From an uncultured Bacteroidales bacterium (GTDB lineage Bacteria; Bacteroidota; Bacteroidia; Bacteroidales; CAIXZF01): 53,193 nt of DNA. The position numbers and the translations under genes were made by a program. Below, one piece after another: positions 41,047 to 50,246 of this stretch. The notes beneath the pieces are model-generated. The model saw only the letters and a program-made list of their open reading frames with translations. It did no database searches and was not told where the DNA came from. Location: assembly GCA_964386485.1 (NCBI GenBank), contig CAYLTH010000005.1, positions 1-53,193 of the forward strand, given 5' to 3'. Position 1 is the stretch's first letter, and each line of letters begins with the position of its first letter.

Positions 41047-42579
41047 TCAGGAGTTTTTCGTAATCAGAGAAACTCCTGTCATTTGTTCAGGCTTTTCGAT
41101 TTCCATTATATCCAGGATCGTCGGAGCCAGATCAGCCAGTACACCATCCCTTATACTTTCGATATTATCCCCAATGATAATGCAGGGAACAGGATTGAGT
41201 GAGTGTTCTGTATTGGGTGTTCCATCTTTATTGATCGCAAAATCTGAATTCCCATGGTCAGCAGTGACAATGGCTGTATATCCCATCTGTCTTGCCGTAT
41301 CGATTACCTTTGCGACACAATTGTCAACTGTTTGAACGGCCCGGATAATTGCCTCGTAAACCCCGGTATGACCCACCATATCGCAATTGGCAAAATTCAG
41401 GCAAATAAACTGATATTTATCCTGTTTTAATTCAGCAACTAACTTTTCCGTTATCTCCAAAGCACTCATTTCCGGCTTCAGGTCGTAAGTTGTTACTTTG
41501 GGTGAATTCACAAAAATACGATCCTCGTGATCAAAGGGAAGTTCGCGTCCGCCGGAAAAGAAAAAGGTAACATGGGGATACTTTTCTGTTTCTGCAATCC
41601 GGAGCTGATGAAGATTGTTGGCTGCAATGACTTCTCCCAGTGTATTCTCCACATTATCATTCTGATAAAGAACTTCGATGCCGGAATAGGAATCATCATA
41701 ACTCGTCATAGTCAGATACCGAAGCGGGATTGTATGCATCCCTTCATCGGGCATATCCTTTTGAGTCAGTACGGTTGTTAATTCCCGCATGCGATCTGCC
41801 CGGTAATTAAAACAAACTAACACATCATCCGGCTGAATCAGTCCAATCGGGTTTCCCTGCTCATCAACCGTAACAACCGGCTTAATGAACTCATCTGTAA
41901 CTCCGGCAGCATATGAATTTCGGATTGCTTCCGGAATATTTGTGGAAGGTGTTCCTTTTCCTTCAAGGTATAAATCATAGCCCACTTTCACGCGTTCCCA
42001 GCGCTTATCCCTGTCCATGGAGTAAAACCTTCCAATGAGGGAGGCTATTTTTCCGGTTGATTGACTTAATTTTTCCTGTAATTCTTCAATATAGCGAATT
42101 CCGCTCATGGGGTCAGTATCCCGGCCATCCGTAATAACATGAACAAAGACTTTCTCCAGGTTAAGCTGGTTAGCAAGATCTAAAAGACTGTAAATGTGAT
42201 TATTATATGAATGAACACCTCCATCTGAAACAAGGCCGATCAGATGAAGGGCTTTATCCTGTTGTTTTGCATAGGAAAAGGCTTGGATAAGCTTTTCATT
42301 TTTATAAAACACACCTGTGGAAATATCATTATTAATTTTAACAAGGTCCTGAAAGAGAACACGACCAGCGCCGATATTGGAGTGTCCGACTTCGGAGTTT
42401 CCCATTTGATCGTCCGGAAGTCCGACATGGATACCATGGGCTAATAGTCTGGAATTGGGGAAATTTTTATACAAATTATCGATATACGGAGTATCGGCTG
42501 AAAATATTGCATCTGATTTTGACTTATCACCGATGCCCCACCCATCCAGAATGAGCAGGATAACTTTTTTCTTATTCAT
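41047..42579 (-). CDS. gpmI: 2,3-bisphosphoglycerate-independent phosphoglycerate mutase
   Basis: 510 aa. N-terminus VILLILDGWG, MGNSEVGH, and the C-terminal ADHGN motif. Confidence 0.95.
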   Translation of the reverse strand: MNKKKVILLILDGWGIGDKSKSDAIFSADTPYIDNLYKNFPNSRLLAHGIHVGLPDDQMGNSEVGHSNIGAGRVLFQDLVKINNDISTGVFYKNEKLIQAFSYAKQQDKALHLIGLVSDGGVHSYNNHIYSLLDLANQLNLEKVFVHVITDGRDTDPMSGIRYIEELQEKLSQSTGKIASLIGRFYSMDRDKRWERVKVGYDLYLEGKGTPSTNIPEAIRNSYAAGVTDEFIKPVVTVDEQGNPIGLIQPDDVLVCFNYRADRMRELTTVLTQKDMPDEGMHTIPLRYLTMTSYDDSYSGIEVLYQNDNVENTLGEVIAANNLHQLRIAETEKYPHVTFFFSGGRELPFDHEDRIFVNSPKVTTYDLKPEMSALEITEKLVAELKQDKYQFICLNFANCDMVGHTGVYEAIIRAVQTVDNCVAKVIDTARQMGYTAIVTADHGNSDFAINKDGTPNTEHSLNPVPCIIIGDNIESIRDGVLADLAPTILDIMEIEKPEQMTGVSLITKNS

Positions 42580-42634
42580 AATTCAATTTTTAAAAAAAAT
42601 GGAAGTTGCATAGCAATGCAGGGGAAGAATCAAA

Positions 42635-43438
42635 TTAATGCGGCCAGGGTTTAAATGGTTTAACCCTCACACGGTAAAGAATATACACACCAAAAAGGAT
42701 AAATGGGATACTCAGACTCTGACCCAGATTAATACTCCAATGGCTTTCGATTTCAACCTGGGGTTCTTTCAGAAATTCAAGAATAAATCTCAACCCAAAA
42801 AGGGCAATCAGAAAAATCCCGAACAGTAATCCTTCCTGAAGTGGTTTCTTTGCGCGAAAATAAATAAGAAGCAATGCTATACAAATAGCCAGATAGCCAA
42901 GCGCTTCATAAATTTGGGTAGGATGTCTTGCAACCAGCAAAGGATCAGCCCGATGAAAGATAAAACCCCAGGGAACATCGGTTGGGTATCCAAAAATTTC
43001 GGAGTTCATGAGATTGCCCATCCGGATCAAAAAACCGGCAAGTGCAACAACAATAACGACTCTGTCGATGGTCCATAAATAGGTCATATGCGATCTCCGG
43101 GAAAAGAAATATATCGCTGTCATAATCCCGATTGCAGCCCCGTGACTGGCTAAACCGCCTTCCCAAATCTTCAGTATTTCGAGTGGATTGGCAAGATAGT
43201 AATCCGGTTGATAGAAAAGACAATGCCCCAGTCGTGCCCCGATGACAGTGCCGACTATCATATAAATCGCCAGCTGATCGAGTACTTTGATATCGATCTT
43301 TTCCCGTTTAAAAACCCGGGTTAAAATCATATATCCCAGATAAAAAGAAAGCGCAAAGAACAAACCGTACCATCGGACGGCAAAACCACCGAACCTGAAA
43401 ATTTCGGGATCTACATCCCAGTTTATAAAAGCGAGCAT
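42635..43438 (-). CDS. lgt: Prolipoprotein diacylglyceryl transferase
   Basis: 267-aa polytopic protein. It has the GARLGH and RMGNLMNSEIFG motifs of Lgt. Confidence 0.9.
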   Translation of the reverse strand: MLAFINWDVDPEIFRFGGFAVRWYGLFFALSFYLGYMILTRVFKREKIDIKVLDQLAIYMIVGTVIGARLGHCLFYQPDYYLANPLEILKIWEGGLASHGAAIGIMTAIYFFSRRSHMTYLWTIDRVVIVVALAGFLIRMGNLMNSEIFGYPTDVPWGFIFHRADPLLVARHPTQIYEALGYLAICIALLLIYFRAKKPLQEGLLFGIFLIALFGLRFILEFLKEPQVEIESHWSINLGQSLSIPFILFGVYILYRVRVKPFKPWPH

Positions 43439-43472
43439 ATTCGAATTTTGATTAACAAAAACCTGATTTGTT

Positions 43473-45242
43473 TTATAACTGTATTAATACTACAATTGTT
43501 TTACCGTTTCGGGTAATATCAACATTGCAGGTTTGACCGGCCTGAAGTGTTTTTAGTCTGTCCATGTATTCATAAATGTTCTTTACCGGTTTCCCATTGA
43601 TCGCAGTGATAACATCTCCCTTTAAGAGACCTGCCCTGGAAGCAGGTTTATCTTTTGTTAACCCGTCGATTCTCAATCCCTCGTTTCCGGAAGATGTAAA
43701 GTCTGGTAATATTCCAAGAGTGACTTTAAACCGCTGGCCCATCCGACTGGCCGATTTTGGGCCGGCTTCTTTGAACGTCAGATTTTTTTCTCTGTTTGCA
43801 ATATCAACCAAAACATCATAAACCATGGCAAGAACGTCACGTTCTCCTTCATAATTAATTAGATCGGCATCATCAAGGGGAGTATGATAATCGCCATGTG
43901 CCCCGGTTGTAAAGAAAAATACCGGAATATTCTCGACATAGAAACTGGAATGATCGGAGGCGCCAAAACCTTCCGGGGAGTATTTAAGTTGGAAAGGCCG
44001 GTTCTTTCCGATTGTATTCAGAATTTCTTCTGCTTCGGCAGAGGTCCCTGTTCCACTAATCACTACAGAACCTGAATCCGGAACGAGCCGACCAACCATA
44101 TCCAGGTTAATCATCGCTTTGGTTTTGGCAAGCTCAACAGGGCTGTGTTTTGTATAATATTTTGATCCGAGCAGACCCATTTCTTCACCAGAAAACGCTA
44201 CAAATATTACACTTCTTTTCAGTTTTACTCCTGCATCTTTCAGGGCAGCAGCAATAGCAATCAAACCTGCAGTACCGCTGGCATTGTCATCTGCACCATT
44301 ATGAACAGCTACGGTATCCGGATTACGGGAGCCGGAACCATGCCCTCCCATTCCAAGATGATCATAATGAGCACCTACAACTATATATTCGTCTTTCAAA
44401 ACAGGATCTGTTCCAGGCAGAATCCCGATAACATTCTGAGCCATTGCCTGCACAAGAGAAACCTGAATCGTTGCCATAAGCTTTGCATTGATATCGAAGG
44501 AATAAGGCATGCGTTCCCGGTTTAGTTTAGCTTCGAGGCTATCAATGGTTATACTTTTGGATGTCAGCATCTTATTAGCCAATTTCCTGGTTACATTTAC
44601 AGCAAAAACACCTGCTCTTGCGTCGCTTTTATCAAAATACATCTCGGGAAGGCTGTCCTTTTTGTCAATTATCTTACCAGCAACTAAAATTACACCAGCT
44701 GCACCTTTATCCTTTGCCGCCAAAACTTTTGACCGGTCATCAGTGTACGGAATAAATTTACTGTCGCTTTTATCAAATTCAGGATCTCCTTTAAGAATAA
44801 GAACCCATTTTCCTTTAACATCTATACCATTATAATCGTTCCACTTCAGGCTGTCGGTATTGATATCAAAACCATAACCTGCAAAAACGACACCCGATTC
44901 GAAGTTTCCGTTTTCTGAAAAGGCGAATGGTAAAAAATCAGTTTTGAGAACTGCATCTACATTATTGATTTTGAATTCATTTCGTTCACCAAGTTTAACA
45001 TCTGTATTGACCTGGAAGGGCTGAAAACCTTTCTTTTGATAGAGTTCAAGTCCTGCGTCATTAAAACGGGTGCGGATGTAAGAGGCCGCCATTAAACCTT
45101 CGATAGCACCAGTTTTCCGACCTCTTAAACTATCGGCTGCCAGCACATAAACGTCTTTTCTAAGGCTTTCAACATTAATCTTCTGGGCATATATAAACAT
45201 ACCTGATGAGAACATGACCAGAATCAGAAGTATCTTTTTCAT
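43473..45242 (-). CDS. M28-family peptidase with PA domain and C-terminal PDZ domain
   Basis: Signal peptide. M28 zinc-site region (GADDNASGTAG, FSGEEMGLLGS, GDYHTPLDD). The C-terminal PDZ is GLRIDGLTKDKPASRAGLLKGDVITAINGKPV. Confidence 0.8.
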   Translation of the reverse strand: MKKILLILVMFSSGMFIYAQKINVESLRKDVYVLAADSLRGRKTGAIEGLMAASYIRTRFNDAGLELYQKKGFQPFQVNTDVKLGERNEFKINNVDAVLKTDFLPFAFSENGNFESGVVFAGYGFDINTDSLKWNDYNGIDVKGKWVLILKGDPEFDKSDSKFIPYTDDRSKVLAAKDKGAAGVILVAGKIIDKKDSLPEMYFDKSDARAGVFAVNVTRKLANKMLTSKSITIDSLEAKLNRERMPYSFDINAKLMATIQVSLVQAMAQNVIGILPGTDPVLKDEYIVVGAHYDHLGMGGHGSGSRNPDTVAVHNGADDNASGTAGLIAIAAALKDAGVKLKRSVIFVAFSGEEMGLLGSKYYTKHSPVELAKTKAMINLDMVGRLVPDSGSVVISGTGTSAEAEEILNTIGKNRPFQLKYSPEGFGASDHSSFYVENIPVFFFTTGAHGDYHTPLDDADLINYEGERDVLAMVYDVLVDIANREKNLTFKEAGPKSASRMGQRFKVTLGILPDFTSSGNEGLRIDGLTKDKPASRAGLLKGDVITAINGKPVKNIYEYMDRLKTLQAGQTCNVDITRNGKTIVVLIQL

Positions 45243-45339
45243 AAATTTGATTGTATTTGGGCTACAAAGTTATAATGGAATATGCTCCCAGCCTAAAAAA
45301 ATTATTTTGCCCTGATGAGATAAGGGATCCTGAGGAAAA

Positions 45340-46032
45340 TTAGCCTACCTGACTTATATTATGTAAGGCAGATGGATTCATAATTTCCATCATATCTCCG
45401 TCAACCCGGATAATACCTTCTTCTTTAAATTCTTTCAGAATACGGATGGCACTTTCTTTAGACATCCCGCTTAAATCAGCCAGATCCTGCCTGGAAATAG
45501 TCATTTCAAACGGATTCTCTTCATACACATTTTCGGAAAGGTAAATTAAGGCATCCGCTATTCTTCCCGGCATCTGCTTCTGGGTAAGACTAACAACCTG
45601 CTGGAAATTCATGATGGTTTGTTTGCTGATCCGTTGAATAAATTCATCTGCAAAATCCGGATTCTCACGAATCAGTTGTTTATACGCATTTACATCCACC
45701 AGACAGGCAGAAGTATCAATAAGTGCTGCTGCACTGAAATAGTGACGGTTATCAACGTAAATTCCCGGGCCGAAGATATATGAGTGTGGTTTTACAATTC
45801 CCAATATCAGATTTTTGCCATATCCTTCGATATAAATTTTTGCCAATCCTGAAGTCAGGCATAGATAATGCGGAGAAGGAGTACCTTGTTTGAACATGAT
45901 TTCGCCGGCTTTGAAGTGCACTTCATACCGGTTTCCATCAATCATCTCCAGTTCTGTCCCCGTTAAACATCCAAAAATGGATGATTTATGCTGACAACCC
46001 ACGCAACTATGATTATTGTAATACAATGCCAT
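45340..46032 (-). CDS. Crp/Fnr-family transcriptional regulator with N-terminal Cys cluster (Fnr-like)
   Basis: 230 aa. N-terminal C-x2-C-x8-C (SCVGCQHKSSIFGC) plus an internal Cys (DTSAC), a cNMP-binding-type beta-roll, and a C-terminal HTH (SRQDLADLSGMSKESAIRILKEF). Confidence 0.85.
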   Translation of the reverse strand: MALYYNNHSCVGCQHKSSIFGCLTGTELEMIDGNRYEVHFKAGEIMFKQGTPSPHYLCLTSGLAKIYIEGYGKNLILGIVKPHSYIFGPGIYVDNRHYFSAAALIDTSACLVDVNAYKQLIRENPDFADEFIQRISKQTIMNFQQVVSLTQKQMPGRIADALIYLSENVYEENPFEMTISRQDLADLSGMSKESAIRILKEFKEEGIIRVDGDMMEIMNPSALHNISQVG

Positions 46033-46146
46033 AATAAATGATCACCCTCCAAATTGAAAATCCGCAATACCCAATCCAAAAGTAATAAAAATCATTCATA
46101 TCCATGACAATGATCCAAAAATAATTGACATCCGTCAACAGGTATA

Positions 46147-46160
46147 GTGATATATATCAA
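46147..46160. promoter_or_regulatory. Candidate Crp/Fnr-family operator GTGAT-ATAT-ATCAA
   Basis: It matches the TTGAT-N4-ATCAA consensus at 9 of 10 half-site positions. The core TGATATATATCA is a perfect 12-bp palindrome. It lies in the 281-bp divergent region between the regulator and the cytochrome operon. Confidence 0.4.
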
Positions 46161-46217
46161 TGCTGAAGTCCTTATATATCAGGCATTCCGGGGCTGTCAG
46201 AATCCGATGCATTTGTC

Positions 46218-46225
46218 TACTTTTG
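46218..46225 (+). promoter_or_regulatory. Candidate -7 box (TACTTTTG) for the cytochrome operon
   Basis: It matches TAnnTTTG and sits 89 nt upstream of the ATG at 46314. No TTTG -33 element is present at the expected 19-21 nt spacing, which would fit activator dependence. Confidence 0.3.
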
Positions 46226-46313
46226 CCATGAAAAAATTTCCGGTAAGAGGGTTTTCTTAACCGTTTTCCGGTTTTAATACCTCATAAAAGGAATTTGACG
46301 AAAAACAGCCACT

Positions 46314-47294
46314 ATGATAAACGCAATTTCAGCCATTAATCGATGTTATCCAAAAGTCATCTGGACAGCATTACTCCTTATCTGGTCTCTGGCCACATTT
46401 GCACAGGATGAAACAAAAGAGCGGGTTTATACCAATCGTGAAGACAATGCAAAATGCCTCAAGTGTCATGGAGCCTACAAATTCAATTTCCAATATGAGG
46501 AAAAAGAATTCAAATTTAAAATGCCCTCTGACTACGTAATCGATACGGCGGCGTATTCTGTATCAAATCACTGGAATTTTAAATGTATCGATTGTCACAC
46601 GGATGAATATTTGGTTGCCCCACACGATCAAACTCTTCGTTTTCAATCGATTGCATCATGCATGGATTGTCATGGAGGCGATGAGGTTTATGCCAAGTAC
46701 AATTTTGAAAAGATCGAAACAGAATTTCAGGAAAGTGTTCACAGCAGCCGTCACAGTGAGGATTTCTCATGTTGGAGTTGTCATGATGCACATACCTATA
46801 AAATTAATGCCCGAAATAAGGATCAGCAAATTACAAAAACAGTGGCTTACGACAATGCCATCTGTTTAAGTTGCCATGCAGATAATACGAAATACCAGCT
46901 TATTCGGGATACCATTAACCCGAATGTGATTGCCAAACACGACTGGCTGCCAAACCAACTGAATCATTTTCAGAAAGTCAGGTGTATTGAATGTCACACA
47001 GAAGTAAGCGACTCTACCATGGTTGCCCATAATGTCCGGACTAAAAAATTTGCTGTTAAAAACTGTGTAGAATGCCATTCTACCAATTCAATGCTTTTAA
47101 AAACCTTATTCAAGTTCCAGGTTGAAGAAAGCAAAAAACAAAAAGGCTTTTTTAATGCAAGCATGCTTTCAGACCTCTATGTTGTAGGTGCAAACCGAAA
47201 TATTTATCTGAATTACGCCAGTGCCGGAATTTTCTTTTTGGTTTTACTGGCTCTTGGAGTTCATATATTCTTCAGAATCAAACGCAAATTATAA
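46314..47294 (+). CDS. Heptahaem c-type cytochrome, exported, C-terminal membrane anchor
   Basis: 326 aa. Signal peptide. Seven CxxCH motifs (CLKCH, CIDCH, CMDCH, CWSCH, CLSCH, CIECH, CVECH) and at least seven additional His for bis-His ligation. The C-terminal TM helix is AGIFFLVLLALGVHIFF followed by RIKRKL. Confidence 0.85.
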   Translation: MINAISAINRCYPKVIWTALLLIWSLATFAQDETKERVYTNREDNAKCLKCHGAYKFNFQYEEKEFKFKMPSDYVIDTAAYSVSNHWNFKCIDCHTDEYLVAPHDQTLRFQSIASCMDCHGGDEVYAKYNFEKIETEFQESVHSSRHSEDFSCWSCHDAHTYKINARNKDQQITKTVAYDNAICLSCHADNTKYQLIRDTINPNVIAKHDWLPNQLNHFQKVRCIECHTEVSDSTMVAHNVRTKKFAVKNCVECHSTNSMLLKTLFKFQVEESKKQKGFFNASMLSDLYVVGANRNIYLNYASAGIFFLVLLALGVHIFFRIKRKL

Positions 47295-47299
47295 TAGTT

Positions 47300-47920
47300 A
47301 TGTCAAATAGAATTTTCTTATACCCGATCTGGATTCGTTTATGGCATGTTTTTAATGCCTTGTTATGCCTGGTACTCATTGTTACCGGAGTATCCATGCA
47401 ATACAGTTCTCCACAGAATGCTATAGTTGCCTTTGGTGTTGCCGTAGATTTCCATAACATCTGCGGAATTTTACTTACGATTAATTACGCGATCTTTTTG
47501 ATTGGGAATGCAATTACCCCGAATGGCAAGTTTTATATATTAAAATTTAAAGGGTTTATTGAGCGGTTGATGAAACAAGCCATGTATTACTCTTTTGGAA
47601 TTTTCAAAGGTGAAAAAGCTCCATTCCCGGTAACAGAAAAAAGAAAATTTAATCCTCTTCAGCAATTTACCTACCTCATGATCATGTATTTTGGGGTTCC
47701 CCTTGTTATCCTATCCGGTTGGCTCATGCTATATCCGACTGCTGTACTCCCTTTGCTCACAGGTCTGAATGGAATTATGATTACGGATATTATCCATGTA
47801 ATCATGGGATTTTTTATTACGATCTTTTTGGTCATACATGTGTATTTCTGCACAATTGGCCATACTCCGGTCAGCAATTTCAAAAGTATGGTGAATGGCT
47901 GGCATGATGTTCATGAATAA
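47300..47920 (+). CDS. Dihaem cytochrome b, FdnI/PhsC/Ni-hydrogenase-cytochrome-b family
   Basis: 206 aa with four TM helices. RLWHVFNA in TM1. The His pattern H16, H52, H165, H179 (the last two 14 residues apart) matches the haem ligands of formate dehydrogenase gamma-type cytochromes b. Confidence 0.8.
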   Translation: MSNRIFLYPIWIRLWHVFNALLCLVLIVTGVSMQYSSPQNAIVAFGVAVDFHNICGILLTINYAIFLIGNAITPNGKFYILKFKGFIERLMKQAMYYSFGIFKGEKAPFPVTEKRKFNPLQQFTYLMIMYFGVPLVILSGWLMLYPTAVLPLLTGLNGIMITDIIHVIMGFFITIFLVIHVYFCTIGHTPVSNFKSMVNGWHDVHE

Positions 47921-48929
47921 AAACAACAACATGGAAGAGAACGAAAAAACGGAAAACAAAAGTTCCCGGCGAAATTTCCTGAAATTGGGAGCCGGAATGG
48001 GAGCTGCAGCCCTGGCTACGACCATTGGCACATCCCTTTTATCCAAAGCAGCTGAAAACCCGGCTGCAACCGGGGATACAATAAAAGCACTAACAACCGA
48101 CGGGCAACTCATAGAAATAGACAAAGCCTTTCTGGAAGCTGCCCGGAAGAGTGTATTCATTGGCACAGATGATGCACACAAAGGTATTCCTGACCGAAAA
48201 TTTGTCATGGTGATCGATCTGGCAAAGTGCAAGAATGCACGTAAGTGCGTGGAAGCCTGTCAGCATGGCCATCATTTGCCAAAAGATCACGAATGGATGC
48301 GGGTTTATCTTCTGCAAGACGGAACAAACACATCACCATATTGGTTCCCGAGGCCGTGTTTCCATTGCGATAACCCGATGTGTGTAAGTGTTTGTCCGGT
48401 TGGAGCAACTTTTAAACGAAGCGATGGAATCGTACTCGTTGATAATGAGCGTTGTATAGGATGTAAATTCTGCATGACAGGTTGCCCTTATTCAGTGCGT
48501 GTTTTCCACTGGCATGAACCCCCAAAAGAAACAGAAGAAATTCCCTACTCCCCGGAAATGGGATTCCCTGCTAAAGAAGGAACTGTAGGTAAATGTGTAT
48601 TCTGTCCTGACAAACTTCGCAAAAATGAATTGCCCCGATGTGCAACTGCTTGTCCGATGGGTGTAATTTACTTTGGAGATGTTGTTGAAGATACCGTGAC
48701 CAATGGAACTGAAACCCTGAAGTTCAGTGAACTCATCCGGGATCGTGCGGGGTATCGTCATCTGGAAAATCTGGGTACCGAACCCAGTACCTATTACTTA
48801 CCGGCATATACGCGTCAATTCCCGATTGAAAGAGGATTTGACGGGATAGATGAGGAAGTAAAAGACCGTTACAAGGGTACAAAGGCTTATGATGATTACA
48901 TGAAGAACGCTGAAAAGACGGAGGAATAA
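47895..48929 (+). CDS. TAT-exported four-cluster Fe-S protein (NrfC/PsrB/ActB-ferredoxin-like)
   Basis: Twin-arginine signal SRRNFLKLGAGMGAAALA. The four Cys groups are CKNARKCVEAC, CFHCDNPMCVSVCP, CIGCKFCMTGCP and CVFC-x11-CATACP. Alternative starts are at 47904/47907/47913/47931. The longest form overlaps the cytochrome b gene by 26 nt. Confidence 0.85.
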   Translation: MAGMMFMNKNNNMEENEKTENKSSRRNFLKLGAGMGAAALATTIGTSLLSKAAENPAATGDTIKALTTDGQLIEIDKAFLEAARKSVFIGTDDAHKGIPDRKFVMVIDLAKCKNARKCVEACQHGHHLPKDHEWMRVYLLQDGTNTSPYWFPRPCFHCDNPMCVSVCPVGATFKRSDGIVLVDNERCIGCKFCMTGCPYSVRVFHWHEPPKETEEIPYSPEMGFPAKEGTVGKCVFCPDKLRKNELPRCATACPMGVIYFGDVVEDTVTNGTETLKFSELIRDRAGYRHLENLGTEPSTYYLPAYTRQFPIERGFDGIDEEVKDRYKGTKAYDDYMKNAEKTEE

Positions 48930-50236
48930 TGGACGCTAAAAATCTCATTAAAGAATTTGCCCCGCAAATCGAGAAAACCAGCAAAACCTGGTGGTTTTTC
49001 TTCATCATTTTTTTCATGATGGCTTTATTTGGTGTTTATGGGTTATATACTCAAATTGCCGGAGGTCATATTGTTACGGGTATGCGCGACAATGTAGTCT
49101 GGGGTGTTTATATTGTGAATTTCATCTTTTTCATGGGTGTAAGCTATGCCGGAGCACTTATTTCAGGGGTTCTTCATTTGTTTAAATCCGAGTGGCGAAA
49201 ACCGATTATGCGCATCGGAGAACTTCTGACTGTTATTTCCCTGTTAATTGGGCCAACATTCATTCTGTTTTGCATCGGACGATTGGACAGGCTTCATTTT
49301 TTAATGTTGCATCCCCGGATTCAGTCACCAATTACATGGGACGTAATTGCCATTTCAACCGATATCATCGGATGTTTTATTTTTCTGTATCTTTCCTTTA
49401 TCGAAGATTTCGCTCATTTACGCGATTATGATGGTCTGAAACTAAGTCCCTGGAGAAAAAAACTATATAAAACACTTGCACTCGGCTATACCGGTGCACC
49501 TGAGCAGAAAAAAATACTGGGCCGTATCCGCAACGTTATGGCCGCCATGATTATCGCTATTGCGGTTATCGTGTATTCTGTTCTGGCCTGGATTTTTGGC
49601 GTAACCCTGCAACCTGGCTGGCATAGTACAATTTTCGGCCCTTACTTCGTAATTGCTGCGGTATATTCCGGCGCCGGTGTTCTGATTGTGCTGATGTATA
49701 TTTTCAGAAAAGCCTATCACCTGGAAAAATATATCACCAAAAAACATTTCGTCAATGTTGGTACCATATTGTTGGTTATTGCTGCTTTTTACGCTTACTT
49801 CACTTTTAGTGATTACCTGACAAAATGGTATGGTTCTGTTAAAATGGACAAATTACTGATTGACAAGCTTTTTACAGATTATTACTGGCTTTTCATTTTG
49901 AGTAATTACGGAGGAGTTCTTATCCCTTTAATTGTAATGGGCATACCAAAATTCAGAACCATTAACAGCATAACCTTCATTGCCGTAATTGCTGTCATTG
50001 GATTATGGTTAAACCGATATCTGATTGTTGTTCCTACACTTGAAACACCCTATTTGCCTATTCAGGATACCCGTATAGATTGGATAAAATACAGTGCTAC
50101 CTGGGTTGAATGGGCTTTGATGTTTGGCGGGATCGGTTTGTTCAGTTGCCTGTTTATGCTGGCATCGAAATTTGTGCCCATCATTTCTGTATCTGAAATG
50201 ACAGAAGAAGATCATAAAGAACCCATTTTAGATTAA
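48929..50236 (+). CDS. NrfD/PsrC-family polytopic membrane subunit (large, ActC/HmcC-sized)
   Basis: 435 aa with about 10 hydrophobic helices. The N-terminal region GGHIVTGMRDNVVWGVYIVNFIFFMGVSYAG is typical of NrfD-like proteins. Its ATG overlaps the Fe-S gene stop (TAATG). Confidence 0.85.
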   Translation: MDAKNLIKEFAPQIEKTSKTWWFFFIIFFMMALFGVYGLYTQIAGGHIVTGMRDNVVWGVYIVNFIFFMGVSYAGALISGVLHLFKSEWRKPIMRIGELLTVISLLIGPTFILFCIGRLDRLHFLMLHPRIQSPITWDVIAISTDIIGCFIFLYLSFIEDFAHLRDYDGLKLSPWRKKLYKTLALGYTGAPEQKKILGRIRNVMAAMIIAIAVIVYSVLAWIFGVTLQPGWHSTIFGPYFVIAAVYSGAGVLIVLMYIFRKAYHLEKYITKKHFVNVGTILLVIAAFYAYFTFSDYLTKWYGSVKMDKLLIDKLFTDYYWLFILSNYGGVLIPLIVMGIPKFRTINSITFIAVIAVIGLWLNRYLIVVPTLETPYLPIQDTRIDWIKYSATWVEWALMFGGIGLFSCLFMLASKFVPIISVSEMTEEDHKEPILD

Positions 50237-50246
50237 AGGAGGACGT

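Noticed and set aside
46242-46273. Two overlapping short hairpins in the leader of the cytochrome operon: GGTAAGA/TCTTA-CC with a bulge, and AACCG/CGGTT followed by T-rich sequence. A 17-codon mini-ORF also starts at 46208. Together these could form an attenuator.
   Set aside because: The stems are only 5-7 bp, one needs a bulge, and the region is AT-rich, so such pairings are expected by chance. No conserved riboswitch-like core was recognisable.
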